Assembly (NCBI GenBank): GCA_965214705.1
Contig: OZ243972.1
Span: forward strand, 2,784,001-2,848,000
Reading direction: 5' to 3'
DNA: 64,000 nt
Origin: Alphaproteobacteria bacterium
GTDB taxonomy: Bacteria; Pseudomonadota; Alphaproteobacteria; UBA828
Translations under genes and position numbers: made by a program
Notes under the pieces: model-generated
The model's database searches: none
The model's input: only the letters and a program-made list of their open reading frames with translations
Told to the model about the DNA's origin: nothing
Shown here: piece by piece, positions 1 through 10,152 of the stretch
Numbering within the stretch: position 1 is the first letter of the stretch
Layout of the letters: each line of letters opens with the position of its first letter

Positions 1-1
1 G

Positions 2-499
2 ATCACTGGTAATGGAGGTTCGTCGGGACCTGTTTTGGAAGGATACTTGTTCAACAAGAGTTTGGTTTCAAGGAATCTTGATGTTCGATTAGGTACGCCA
101 CTATTTTTCAAGAACAAAGGCGTCGGCCAAAACATGATAGCAACGCAAATCTACCAGAGAGACTTATCCTACATGTCTGACGGTGAGAATTCCTTCATTA
201 CTTTGGGGCCCAATGAGCGTCTCTCGATAATGCTCATTGCCTATTGCGTGGACTTCTATAAAGAAAACCCATCGGGAGATGATTCGTTTTCGATCACAGG
301 TATTCCATCGAACTTGATTGGCATCGCAAGAAAGATATCTGCTTACGAAGGAGCTAATCCAAGCAGGAACGTGACGTTAAGTGCACAACTTGCTCTGTGG
401 AAGGCTCAAGGCATTAGTCTCAAAGAAATAAGAGAAAGATTCCCATTTGGCCCTGCCGATGAAACGGAGATGCGCGCAATTCTACGTACAAGTGAGTAA
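2..499 (+). CDS. Hypothetical protein, 5'-truncated by window edge; AT-rich relative to the rest of the window
   Basis: Frame is open from position 2 (ITGNGGSSGPVLEGYLF...) to TAA at 497-499; no recognisable motif. Confidence 0.6.
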   Translation: MTGNGGSSGPVLEGYLFNKSLVSRNLDVRLGTPLFFKNKGVGQNMIATQIYQRDLSYMSDGENSFITLGPNERLSIMLIAYCVDFYKENPSGDDSFSITGIPSNLIGIARKISAYEGANPSRNVTLSAQLALWKAQGISLKEIRERFPFGPADETEMRAILRTSE

Positions 500-587
500 G
501 GACGAACATACTGGTGCCAAAAGACAATTTGTACAGACAAGGTAATCGACTGACAGTTGCCGCCTGCGGTGGCACGGGTTATCCACG

Positions 588-2183
588 CTAAGCCGCGTCC
601 GGACGGCGGGCGAGGGCGACAGCGCAGCCCGTGGACAAGAGCTGGCCTGCGGTGACGGAGGCATTGATGAGCGCCGTCGTGGTCACGCGGGTCGCATCGA
701 TCACGCCCGCTTCCCGATAGGGGCGGAAGGCCCCCCCGCGCGCGTCGAAGCCGATGTCCGCCGGGGCCTCCTTTAGCCTTTCCAGGGCAAGCGCCGGCTC
801 GCACCCGGCGGCACCCGCGATCCGGCGGAAAGGCTCCTTCAGGGCACGGGCGAAGGCGCGGCGCTCGGGCTCGCCGGTGCCGACCGCGCCGTTCTCGATG
901 GCGAAGGCCGCGCGCGCGAGCGCCACGCCCCCGCCCGCCACCACGCCGTCCTTCGCGGCGGCCCGGGCGGTGTTCAGCGCGTTCTCGCAGGCCTTGTAGC
1001 GCGCCTTCCATGCGGTCTCGGTGACGCCGCCGACCCGAATGTTGGCGACGCCCGAGACCAGCCGGGCGAGGCGGGCCTCGTACTTGCCCCGGTCGTAACT
1101 CTTCCGCTCGTGCTCGATGGCGTCGCGAATCTGCGCGGCCCGGCGCTCCACCGCCTCCGGCGTGCCGCCGCCGCCGAAGATGGTGGTCGAGACTCCGTCC
1201 ACGATCGCCCGCTTGGCACTGCCGAGAGCCGAGCCATCGACCTTCTCCGGCATCAACCCCGTCTCCTCGCCGACCAGGCGCCCGCCGGTGAGCACGGCGA
1301 CGTCGTCGGTGGCGGCGTGGCGGTAGATGCCGGACTCGGGCCCCTTCACCGCCGCACAGTGCACCGTGCTCTCTCGGTGGTTGGTGAGCATGACGGCGAG
1401 CGCCTGGTCGGAGACGTCCTGAGCCAGCACCAGCAAGCTCCGCTTGGCCTCGCGCGCCGCCTCCAGCGCCGGCAGGAGCTGGGCCGTCTCGGTCAGCTCG
1501 CCCTGGCACATGAGCAGGAAAGGCTGGTCGAGCTTGACCTCCGTCTCGCCCGCCTTGAGCAGGAAGTTGCGCGAGAGCAGACCGTGCTCGAAGGCCATGC
1601 CGCTCATGAAGTCGACCGTCGTATCGACGCCCTGGTGATAGGAGATGTTGACCACGCCCTCGGCGCCGAGCCGCTCCACCGCCTCGGCCACGAGGTCAGC
1701 GATCTCCGCGTCGCCGTCGGCGGCGACGCCGGCGAGCTGCGCCAGCATCGCGCGGCCTGAGACCGGGCCGCTCTGCGGCTCGAGCGCCGCGAGCGCCTCG
1801 CGCGTGAGCGCCTCGAAGTCGCGCCGCACCGAGGGCGGATCGATCCCCGCCGCCACCAGGCGCAAGCCTGCCTCGGCGAAGGCGCCCGCGAGCAGAGCCG
1901 TGGTGGTCGAGCCGTCGCCCACCGCGTCGCGGGTCTTCTTGACACAGGCCTTGAGCAGCTCCGTGCCGAGAGTCGCGAAGCGGTCCTCGTCCTCCAGGTC
2001 CCTGATGGCGGTGAAGCCATCGCGGGTGAGCTCGGGGTAGTCGTCCGCGCGCTCCAGCACGACGCGGCCGCCGTGGGGGCCTAGCGTCAGCCCCGCGAGC
2101 CGCGCGGTGTGCCCAAAACCCGCCATCAACGCCTCGCGGGCGTCCGCGCCGGTCTTTATGTGCTTGGGCCGCTCAAGCGCCAT
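588..2183 (-). CDS. Divergent GroEL/Cpn60-family chaperonin
   Basis: 531 aa; TLGPHG, TRDGFT, VGDGSTTT, RLARLVSGVANIRVGG, GVVAGGG and GVIDA motifs; no GGM tail; no adjacent groES. Confidence 0.88.
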   Translation of the reverse strand: MALERPKHIKTGADAREALMAGFGHTARLAGLTLGPHGGRVVLERADDYPELTRDGFTAIRDLEDEDRFATLGTELLKACVKKTRDAVGDGSTTTALLAGAFAEAGLRLVAAGIDPPSVRRDFEALTREALAALEPQSGPVSGRAMLAQLAGVAADGDAEIADLVAEAVERLGAEGVVNISYHQGVDTTVDFMSGMAFEHGLLSRNFLLKAGETEVKLDQPFLLMCQGELTETAQLLPALEAAREAKRSLLVLAQDVSDQALAVMLTNHRESTVHCAAVKGPESGIYRHAATDDVAVLTGGRLVGEETGLMPEKVDGSALGSAKRAIVDGVSTTIFGGGGTPEAVERRAAQIRDAIEHERKSYDRGKYEARLARLVSGVANIRVGGVTETAWKARYKACENALNTARAAAKDGVVAGGGVALARAAFAIENGAVGTGEPERRAFARALKEPFRRIAGAAGCEPALALERLKEAPADIGFDARGGAFRPYREAGVIDATRVTTTALINASVTAGQLLSTGCAVALARRPDAA

Positions 2184-2279
2184 GCGCCGATCTTCCGCGC
2201 TACTGAGCAGCGGTCAACGGCAACGGCGCGGCCGGGACGTTTTCCTCGGCCGCGCCGCGCCTTGTCGAACGGGAGCGGA

Positions 2280-3638
2280 TCAGGCCGCGCTGAAGCGGTT
2301 CCACTCCTTGATGTAGCTGGTCACATGCGTGGGCCACACCATCCAGAACGCGATGTTGGACTGACGCCGGGTCTTCGGGCCGGTGTCGCGGTCCTTGCCC
2401 ATGTACCAGCGGCGGTAGTCCTCCACGGTCAGGAAGTTGAGTACCGGGTCCGGACAGGGCGAGTAGTAGCCCTGCGGCGCCACCGCCGAGCCCCACCAGC
2501 CGTCGAGGCACCAGTCCATGTAGGCCATGGCGACCTCGGGCTCCGGCGCTTCGCTGGAGAGGCACATGGTGTGGACCCAGGCGGCCGTGCCCTCGAAGAC
2601 GTCGACGTACCAGCACGGGATGCCGCGCTTCTTCACGTCCTCCACCACCGGGTTCCAGCAGTCCATGCCCCACACCTCCTCGGAGGCGAGCAGGTTCACG
2701 GCCTCGCCGTAGTTGTTCCAGATGAGGCGGAACACGCCGTCGTTCTTGGCGGCGATGAGGTAGTCCACCACGCCTGCCACCTCGTCCGGCTCCATGTCGG
2801 AGTTGCCGACCTTGGGCGGGTCCATGATCCCGTTCTTCCAGAGGAAGCTGTAGGCGCGCGGCGGCCCCATCAGCTCGTCGTTCTGGATCGAGGTCTTGCC
2901 GACCGCGTCCACGTCGCGCCACTTGCCGGTGTAGAGCAGCCCAAGCGAGTCGGGGATCGCGAAGTCCGGCTGAGTCGGCGCGAACTTGTGCGGCAGCACG
3001 CCGAGCGCGTCCATGTTGTAGAACTGGGGCACGCCGTAGAACGAATCCTTGTTCTCGTCCCAGTAGACGATGTTGGACGGCCAGCCGGTCACCTCGTCGG
3101 CGCCGATGTGGCCGGGCTGGGTGTAGAGCGAATCGGCGAACTCCCAGTTGGTGATCTTCTCGGCCGGGATCGGCACAATCACCTCGGCCTCCCGCAGCGC
3201 CGGCTGGCGGTAGGCGTTGGTCTCGACCATCGAGTAGGTCTTGTTGCCGCCGGTGATGAACTTGGTGATCATCTCGCTCAAGCCCGCCACCGTACCGGTC
3301 ACGTCGAGGCCGGTGTCCTCCTTGAACCTGTTGAAGAAGCGCTCCTGCACCGAGACTCCAAGTCCGATGGTCTGCATCGGGTCGTCCTGGGTGATGCCTG
3401 CCACGCGCTCCGCGAGGCCCGCCTTCGCAGTGCCCGTGCCGAGCACGGTGCCGGCCGCGGCCGCGGTCACGCCGGCTGCGGCGAGGAAGGTGCGGCGGTC
3501 GATGCCTCCGCCCTCCTGCTCCTCCGCCTCGGCATCGCGGAAGCGCTTGATCGCCTTCTCCTCCGCTGCCATCGCGGTATGGAGATCCATCCGGTCCGAC
3601 AGATGCTCGTACTTCTTCTCCAGATGTTTGCTGTCCAT
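2280..3638 (-). CDS. ABC transporter substrate-binding protein (PotD/PotF-like), Tat-exported
   Basis: DRRTFL twin-arginine motif followed by a hydrophobic stretch; lies downstream of PotABC-like genes. Confidence 0.85.
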   Translation of the reverse strand: MDSKHLEKKYEHLSDRMDLHTAMAAEEKAIKRFRDAEAEEQEGGGIDRRTFLAAAGVTAAAAGTVLGTGTAKAGLAERVAGITQDDPMQTIGLGVSVQERFFNRFKEDTGLDVTGTVAGLSEMITKFITGGNKTYSMVETNAYRQPALREAEVIVPIPAEKITNWEFADSLYTQPGHIGADEVTGWPSNIVYWDENKDSFYGVPQFYNMDALGVLPHKFAPTQPDFAIPDSLGLLYTGKWRDVDAVGKTSIQNDELMGPPRAYSFLWKNGIMDPPKVGNSDMEPDEVAGVVDYLIAAKNDGVFRLIWNNYGEAVNLLASEEVWGMDCWNPVVEDVKKRGIPCWYVDVFEGTAAWVHTMCLSSEAPEPEVAMAYMDWCLDGWWGSAVAPQGYYSPCPDPVLNFLTVEDYRRWYMGKDRDTGPKTRRQSNIAFWMVWPTHVTSYIKEWNRFSAA

Positions 3639-3705
3639 GGTCTCCTCCCTGTGCAGTCTCCGTTTCCCAATCGCGGCCGGCCCGAAAAGCGACCTGCCGG
3701 CCCGA

Positions 3706-4587
3706 CTAAACCTGGTGCTCCTCCTGCCCTCTGAAGCGGGGCCGGTAACGACTCGCGGTCATCAAGTACCCGAAGATGCCGATCACCGCGAACGAGATCA
3801 ACGTGATGATGACGCCCACCGCGAAGATGCGGGGCGTAATGCGGATCGTGGTCGCGCCCAGCACGTCCAAGGGCAGCGTGTTCTGCGATCCGGCCACCAG
3901 CACGGTGCGGGCGAACTCGTCGAACGAGAGCGTAAAGCCGAAGAGCGCGGACGCCATGATGCCGGGCTTCATGATCGGCAGCGTGATGTGCCAGAACGTG
4001 CGCCAGCTGTTGGCGCCCAGGCACATTGCCGCCTCCTCCGTCGAGCGGTCGAAGCGGTTGAACACCGTCAGCATCACGATGAAGCAGAACGGGAAGGTCC
4101 AGAGGATGTGGACCGGCAGCGTGGTGCCCAGCCAGTGCTTGTCGATGCCGATGCCCTGCCAGAACAGCGCGTGGCCCAGGCCCACGGTGACGCCGGGGAT
4201 CATGATGCCGACTAGGTAGAGGTAGAAGATCGGACCCGCGCCCAGGAAGCGCGCGCGCATCGCCTGCGCCGCCATGGTGGCGAGCACGGTCGAGATGCAC
4301 ATGACGAGCAGCGCGAGCACCAGTGAGCGCAGGCCGGCATTGCCGAAATCGCCCACGTACTCGCCGATGTCGCGCGCTGTGCCCGAGGGGTTGAAGAGCC
4401 GCTCGTACCAGAAAATGCTGGTCCCCTGCATGGGGAAGGTCGGCCCGCCGTCCTCGCCCTGGAAGGAGAGGATCGCCATGACGATGAAGGGCCCGTAGAG
4501 CATCAGCACGAAGAGCACCACGTAGATCGCGAGGACGATCTTGACCCAGCCGAACTTGGCGACGTGATAGCTCGTTGGCTCCGCCAC
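3706..4587 (-). CDS. ABC permease, PotC-like
   Basis: Multiple TM segments; EEAAMCLGA (EAA loop); FTLSFDEF. Confidence 0.9.
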   Translation of the reverse strand: MAEPTSYHVAKFGWVKIVLAIYVVLFVLMLYGPFIVMAILSFQGEDGGPTFPMQGTSIFWYERLFNPSGTARDIGEYVGDFGNAGLRSLVLALLVMCISTVLATMAAQAMRARFLGAGPIFYLYLVGIMIPGVTVGLGHALFWQGIGIDKHWLGTTLPVHILWTFPFCFIVMLTVFNRFDRSTEEAAMCLGANSWRTFWHITLPIMKPGIMASALFGFTLSFDEFARTVLVAGSQNTLPLDVLGATTIRITPRIFAVGVIITLISFAVIGIFGYLMTASRYRPRFRGQEEHQV

Positions 4588-4590
4588 GGC

Positions 4591-5496
4591 TCAGAGCTCC
4601 CGTCGCAGATTGACGAACTGGAAGATCAGCACGATCACCGGAATCGAGACGAGCACCATGACCACCGCCACGGCCGACGCCGCCGGCCACTGCAGCAGGC
4701 CCTGCTGCTGGATCAGCACGTTGGCCAGCATGGTGGTCTTGCCGCCGCCGATGAACTTCTGAATCGCGAACTCGCCCATCATCACGACGAAGACGAAGAG
4801 GATGCCGGTCGCGAGCCCCGGCTTGGTCAGCGGCACGATGATCCTCCAGAAGGTGGTCCAGGCCGAGGCGCCGAGGTCGCGCGCCGCCTCGATCACCTGG
4901 CGGTCGATCTTGGCCATGGAGAAGTAGATCGGGCCGATCATGAACACCGACCAGATGATCGCCATGGAGAAGACCATGCTGGGTTCGCTGTAGAGCAGGA
5001 TCTCCGCCGGCTCGTCGATGATGCCGATCCCCATCAGGATCTGGTTGATCAGGCCCTTGCGTCCCAGCAGCGGCAGCCACGCCACCATGCGGATCAGCGC
5101 GCTGGTCCAGAACGGCACGATGCAGAGCAGCAGGATGTAGAGCTTGAGCCGCTCGCTCTTCACGAAGAAGCAGACGTAGTAGGCCACCGGATAGCAGAGC
5201 AGCACCATCAGCGGCAGCACGATAATGGCGATCAGGAAGGTGAAGCCCAGGGTCTGCAGGTAGGTCGCGGTGGTGAAGAACTCGATGTAGTTTTCGAGCA
5301 CGAAGCCCGGCTTCATGCCGTAAGCCCAGGGCTTGTAGAAGCTGAAGACCACGACCGAGACCAGCGGGATGCCGCAGAAGAGCGCCATCACGATGGTAGG
5401 CGCCGCCACCAGCATGAGGGCCTGGCGCGCGCGCTTCTTGGTGAGCGTCATCCCGGACGAAAGGGCCGGGACCGGCGTTTGGGTTACGTCCGTCAC
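4591..5496 (-). CDS. ABC permease, PotB-like
   Basis: PFWTSALIR; IEAARDLGA (EAA loop); PLTKPG. Confidence 0.9.
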   Translation of the reverse strand: MTDVTQTPVPALSSGMTLTKKRARQALMLVAAPTIVMALFCGIPLVSVVVFSFYKPWAYGMKPGFVLENYIEFFTTATYLQTLGFTFLIAIIVLPLMVLLCYPVAYYVCFFVKSERLKLYILLLCIVPFWTSALIRMVAWLPLLGRKGLINQILMGIGIIDEPAEILLYSEPSMVFSMAIIWSVFMIGPIYFSMAKIDRQVIEAARDLGASAWTTFWRIIVPLTKPGLATGILFVFVVMMGEFAIQKFIGGGKTTMLANVLIQQQGLLQWPAASAVAVVMVLVSIPVIVLIFQFVNLRREL

Positions 5497-5556
5497 CTGG
5501 CCTTCGTCCCGCCAGTCATGGCTGCCTGCGCCCCCGTGGCGGTGCGGTCCGCGCGC

Positions 5557-6639
5557 TCACTCGAATACCACCAGCGCATCGTCGGTGTTCCAGCCCACTC
5601 TCACCTTGTCGCCGTGGCCGAGCGCGGTAATCGCCGGCGGCGGCTCGTGCTCGTCGACACGGATCGAATCGCCGCTCGGCAGGTCGACGTTGAACTCGAT
5701 CTGCGAGGTCTCGAAGATGGAGAACGACACTTGGCCCTCCACCGTGTTCTCCGGCGTCTCGCCGTTCAGCAGCAGGTTGGTCAGGCTCGCCCGCACCACC
5801 ACGTGGCAGTCCTTGCGCGCCGGCGCGTCGTCTGCGATGCGCGCGCGGAAGGTGCCGGCCGGTCCGGTGACGGTGGCGACGCCGTTCTCCACGCCGGTGA
5901 TCTCGCCCGCCAGGATATTGTTCTTACCCACGAACTGGGCGACGAACAGGTTCTTGGGGCGGTGGGTCACCTCCTCCGGCGGGCCGATCTGCTCGATCCG
6001 GCCCAGGTTCATAATCACCACCCGGTCGGAAACCGCGAAGGCCTCGGTCTGGGTGTGGGTGACGTGCACGAAAGCGACGCCGAAGTCGGTGTTGAGGCGG
6101 CGCAGCTCGCGCTGCATCCGCAGGCGCAGGTTCGCGTCGAGCGAGCCCAGCGGCTCGTCGAGCAGGAGCACATCCGGCCGCGTGACCAGCGCCCGCGCCA
6201 GGCCGACGCGCTGCTGCTGGCCGCCCGAGAGCTGCTGGATCGCCCGGTCGGCCAGGTCCTCGATATCCACGGCGCGCAGCATCTCCAGCGCGCGCTGGGC
6301 GCGCTCCCTTGACGAGACATTGCGCATGCGCAGGCCGAACTCGACGTTCTGCGCCACCGACATGTGCGGGAATAGCGCGAAGTGCTGGAACACCATGGCG
6401 GTGTTGCGCTCGTGCGGCTCCAGGTGGGTGCAGTCGCGGCCCGCGATCAGGATCTGGCCGTCCGTGGGCTCCTCGAAGCCGGAGATCATGCGCAGCGTGG
6501 TGGTCTTGCCGCAGCCCGACGGGCCGATGAAGGAGATGTACTCACCCTGAGCGATGTGGAGCGTCATCTCGTCGACGGCGAGGATGTCCCTGCCGAAACG
6601 CTTGGTGACGTTGATCAGATCGACGGCAATGTCGCTCAT
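5557..6639 (-). CDS. ABC ATP-binding protein, PotA-like
   Basis: GPSGCGKTT, LSGGQQQR, LLLDEP; ATG at 6639 with AGGGAG RBS. Confidence 0.92.
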   Translation of the reverse strand: MSDIAVDLINVTKRFGRDILAVDEMTLHIAQGEYISFIGPSGCGKTTTLRMISGFEEPTDGQILIAGRDCTHLEPHERNTAMVFQHFALFPHMSVAQNVEFGLRMRNVSSRERAQRALEMLRAVDIEDLADRAIQQLSGGQQQRVGLARALVTRPDVLLLDEPLGSLDANLRLRMQRELRRLNTDFGVAFVHVTHTQTEAFAVSDRVVIMNLGRIEQIGPPEEVTHRPKNLFVAQFVGKNNILAGEITGVENGVATVTGPAGTFRARIADDAPARKDCHVVVRASLTNLLLNGETPENTVEGQVSFSIFETSQIEFNVDLPSGDSIRVDEHEPPPAITALGHGDKVRVGWNTDDALVVFE

Positions 6640-6809
6640 GCCGCTCCCTACCGCTCCCGTGCCCCCGGCCGCCGCGCGACCTCGCCTCGCCAGCCCGACC
6701 ACAAGTTATTGATATTATTATCCTCTGACGCGAGCCAAGGTTAAGTCTAACTGTCGTCGGAGCGCGCCGTCAACTCGACGGCCACGTGGGCGACGTGCGA
6801 GACGATTTG

Positions 6810-7334
6810 TCAGCGGGCGACGGCGTCGCCCTCCAGGTAGCGCGCGGGCCAGCCGATGCCCTGCCATGTCTGAATCTGCACGGGGTCGAGGCGGATCAGC
6901 CAGCGCTTCCAGCTCATCGTGGGCTCCAGGTAGCTCGGGCCGTTCTCACCGTAGTAGCGGATCGACATGGTGCGGGCCACCTCCACCCAGCGGCCGCCCA
7001 CATTCGGCTGCTCGACGATCGCTGCCTCGCACTGGGCGAGGAAGCGTCGCTGCACGCCGGCATCGGAGGCGCGGTCGGCAGCCGAGGATTCGTCGATGGT
7101 CACCGCACAGCGCGGTCTCGCTTCGAGGTAGCGCGCCCAGGCGGAGCGCGCCCGCGGCACAACCCAGAGCGTAGCGCCATCCCACTGATACCAGCAGGGC
7201 ACGACGTAGGGCCAATGGTTGTCGTCGAGACAAGCGACGCGGGCGAGGAACGGCTCATTTAGAAAGCCATCGATCTCGTCCGCGCTCATCTTGCCGATCT
7301 TGCCGCGCCAGCTCTTGCTCTCCTGTGCACTCAT
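6810..7334 (-). CDS. Pyridoxamine 5'-phosphate oxidase-like (FMN split-barrel) protein
   Basis: ARVACLDDNHWPYVVPCWYQWDG ... PRCAVTID pattern. Confidence 0.75.
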   Translation of the reverse strand: MSAQESKSWRGKIGKMSADEIDGFLNEPFLARVACLDDNHWPYVVPCWYQWDGATLWVVPRARSAWARYLEARPRCAVTIDESSAADRASDAGVQRRFLAQCEAAIVEQPNVGGRWVEVARTMSIRYYGENGPSYLEPTMSWKRWLIRLDPVQIQTWQGIGWPARYLEGDAVAR

Positions 7335-7368
7335 CGTCTACCCCTCAACCGCCACAAACGGCGTTGCG

Positions 7369-8400
7369 TCATTGAGTCTCGCCCTTCACATCGGCACCGA
7401 GATGGAACAGGCAGTCGCCCCGCTCGACCCGCCCCGGTATGCGCTTGCAGACGACGAGGCCCGTTGCTTCGAAGTGAGCCTCCGTCGGCGCCCGCCACGG
7501 CGTCTCCGGCGTGTGGATCAGGCCTGCGAGCTGGCCTTTCTCCACCTCGGTCCCAAGCTCGACCACAGGTTCGAACAGGCCGTCCTCGCTGGCGTAGGTG
7601 AAGAAGTCCCACGATTCGGCGGTGAGCAGACGCGTGTCCACCGCAGGCTCCTCGTCGTCCTCCACCGGGCCATGCCAGACGCCAACGTGGCGGAGCACAC
7701 GACGAACGCCCGCCTCGCAAATGCGCAGGCATTCGAGCGTGACCGTGCCGCCGCCGCCCATCTCCGTCGCGAGCACGACCACGCCGCGGCTGATCGCTGC
7801 CCGCATGTTGGTGCCGGTCATGCCTTGCACTGCCGGGAAGAGGAAACCGTAGGGCGCGCCGAAGACCCGGCCGAGCTCGTCGATCTTCTCCTGTATGTCC
7901 GGCGGGTTGGCGGCATCGCGGAGAATCGTGGTGGGCAGGTACATGAGCGAGCTGCCGCCCGAATGGAGGTCGAGCAAGTAGTCCGCGCGCGGGGTGAGCT
8001 CGGTGTCGACGTAGTGGGCGAGCATTTCGGTTAGCCGCCCGTCGTGCTTGCCGGGAAAAACGCGGTTCATGTTCAGCTCGTCCACTGGCGAGGTCCTGAG
8101 CCCTGACTTCGCAGCCGGGTAGTTGGCCATGGGCAGGATGATGATGCGGCCCGTCACATCAGCGGGCTCCAGCGCGCGGATGAGCCTGGTGAGCGTCACC
8201 TGCCCCTCGTACTCGTCGCCGTGCACGCCGGACGTGAGCAGCACAGTCGGCCCCTCGCCGTTCTTGACGCAGACCAACGGCACCGGCAGCCAGCCGTAGG
8301 CCGAGCGGTGGACCGAATGGGGTAGACGGAGATGGTCGCACTGCTTGCCGTCGCGGTCGAAATCGATTTGCGTGCTGAGCCGCGTGCCCGTCTCTTCCAT
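7369..8400 (-). CDS. Succinylglutamate desuccinylase/aspartoacylase family (DoeB-like deacetylase)
   Basis: GVHGDEYEG, NMNRVFPG, LDLHSGG, TEMGGGG; start taken at ATG 8400. Confidence 0.88.
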   Translation of the reverse strand: MEETGTRLSTQIDFDRDGKQCDHLRLPHSVHRSAYGWLPVPLVCVKNGEGPTVLLTSGVHGDEYEGQVTLTRLIRALEPADVTGRIIILPMANYPAAKSGLRTSPVDELNMNRVFPGKHDGRLTEMLAHYVDTELTPRADYLLDLHSGGSSLMYLPTTILRDAANPPDIQEKIDELGRVFGAPYGFLFPAVQGMTGTNMRAAISRGVVVLATEMGGGGTVTLECLRICEAGVRRVLRHVGVWHGPVEDDEEPAVDTRLLTAESWDFFTYASEDGLFEPVVELGTEVEKGQLAGLIHTPETPWRAPTEAHFEATGLVVCKRIPGRVERGDCLFHLGADVKGETQ

Positions 8401-8543
8401 GGCATCGTTTCCCGAGGGCTGTCTGGTCGCGCCAGTCTGCCCGGCTCCGGGTGGCGGCGGCAATGGCTCTCGATGGCGCGGCGGTTTGACGCAGAGAGCC
8501 GCCGGCGCCAGTCTCCGGCATGAAGCCACACGGGAGGGACGGC

Positions 8544-8867
8544 ATGGCACTCTACGAAATGAGGACCTACACGGTACAGGCCGGCAAGCTCGCCGAGGTG
8601 GTCGCGCTCTATAAGGAGGAAGGCTGGCCGGTGCTGGAGAAGGAGGGCTTCGGTGCCAATCTGGTCGGCTACTTTGTCGCCGACACCGGCACCATCAACC
8701 GGCTGGTGCACATCTGGAAGTTTGATGACGACGCCGCTCGCCGCGCCCATTGGGCCCGGCTCTTCCAGAGCGAGGCGTTCATGCGCTTTGCCGGAAAGGC
8801 CCGCCCGTCGGTGCTGACGCAAGAGGTGGTGCTGCTCAACGAAGCCCCCTTCGGCCCGCATCCATAA
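8544..8867 (+). CDS. NIPSNAP family protein
   Basis: LYEMRTY ... GTINRLVHIW motif; GGGAGG RBS. Confidence 0.88.
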   Translation: MALYEMRTYTVQAGKLAEVVALYKEEGWPVLEKEGFGANLVGYFVADTGTINRLVHIWKFDDDAARRAHWARLFQSEAFMRFAGKARPSVLTQEVVLLNEAPFGPHP

Positions 8868-8906
8868 CGTTGCTGCGGCCCGACATCGGGATGGGCAGGG
8901 GGCGGC

Positions 8907-9731
8907 CTACTTCTTCAGCTTCGCGAGGATGGTCTCCACGCGCTCCAGCGCGGCGCGGGCGTTTGCCGCCTCCTCGCGGACGGTTCTGAGCGTCGCCTCG
9001 TCTTCGCTTTCGTCGCCCCTGGCCGGCCTCACCTCGAGGCGCGCGTCGTGCAGGTTGTTGATCACGACCGCGATCACGAGGTTGATCATGATGACCGCTG
9101 CCAGCATCACGAAACTGACGAAGAAGAGCCACGCCATCGGATGGAGCTCCATCGCGACGTACATGATGTCGGTCCAGTCCTCGAGCGTCATCACGCGGAA
9201 GAGCGAGAGCAGCGCGATGCCGAGGTTGCGCCAGTGGGTCGGGTCGTGGTCGCGGAAGAGGTGCACGCCCGCGATCGCATAGACGTAGAAGACCGCAGAC
9301 AGCAGCAGCATCACGTGGCCGAGCCCCGGCAGGGAGCGAATCAGGGTCGAGACGATGACGCGAAGCTGCGGCACCACCGTCGCCACCCGCAGCACCCGGA
9401 GCAACCGCGCGAGCCGTGCTATGAGGGCGAACTCGCCGGCATCTGGCAGGAAGGCGAGAACCAGGATGGCGAAGTCGAAGAGGTTCCAGCCGTCCTTGAA
9501 ATAGCGCTCGAACCGGGGCGCGACGGCGGTGAGCTTGATCGCCGCCTCGACCACGAAGACGGCGAGCGCCACGTGGAAGGCCCATTCGATGGCGTGGCCG
9601 AAGCGTGCGTCGAACCACTGGCTCGTCTCCAGGCCGAGGCCGATCGCGGTGATCAGGATCATCACGATGATCAGCACGTTGAACGCCGGCGCCGCAACAA
9701 TGCGCGCGCACAGCCGCTTCAGTTCGCTCAT
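8907..9731 (-). CDS. Bacterial voltage-gated cation channel (BacNav-like, 6TM)
   Basis: WNLFDF, S4 RLARLLRVLR, pore filter TLEDWTD, S6 INLVIAVVINN, C-terminal coiled-coil-like tail. Confidence 0.9.
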   Translation of the reverse strand: MSELKRLCARIVAAPAFNVLIIVMILITAIGLGLETSQWFDARFGHAIEWAFHVALAVFVVEAAIKLTAVAPRFERYFKDGWNLFDFAILVLAFLPDAGEFALIARLARLLRVLRVATVVPQLRVIVSTLIRSLPGLGHVMLLLSAVFYVYAIAGVHLFRDHDPTHWRNLGIALLSLFRVMTLEDWTDIMYVAMELHPMAWLFFVSFVMLAAVIMINLVIAVVINNLHDARLEVRPARGDESEDEATLRTVREEAANARAALERVETILAKLKK

Positions 9732-9779
9732 ATGAGGACGCTCCCGTGATCGCTGCCGGCACGCCCCGATGGAGTTCGG

Positions 9780-9995
9780 CCGGGAGCGTGTTCAGGTGGC
9801 GCGTCGGACCGCCCCGAAGAGTATGCGCGTCCAGTGCGGCTCTTCGTCGATCCCCGCATTGGCTCGCGAGAGGAGGGGAAAGTCCGGCGGAGCGACATCG
9901 CCGCGTTGCACCACGCTCTTCGGGCGACGCCCAATCGGGCTGGCCGGACGCTAGCGGCGTTCTCGACGTTGTTCAACCTCGGTGAGAATGGGTGC
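9780..9995 (+). pseudogene. Tyrosine integrase internal fragment
   Basis: PRIGS...VRRSDIAALHHALRATPNRAGRTLAAFSTLFNLGE resembles the core-binding region of phage integrases; no start or catalytic domain. Confidence 0.55.
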
Positions 9996-10152
9996 CTGGG
10001 TTCGGTGCTTCTGGCCTGCGGTTATCGACAGACGGAAGCTCCGGTTAGGCACCGAGGCGCCGAAGCCCTCCTGATAACCACTGGAGCGCTCAAGTAATAA
10101 CCAAAAGTTATGTATATGTCGTAAAGTAAATCATGCGACAAAATAGACTTAT

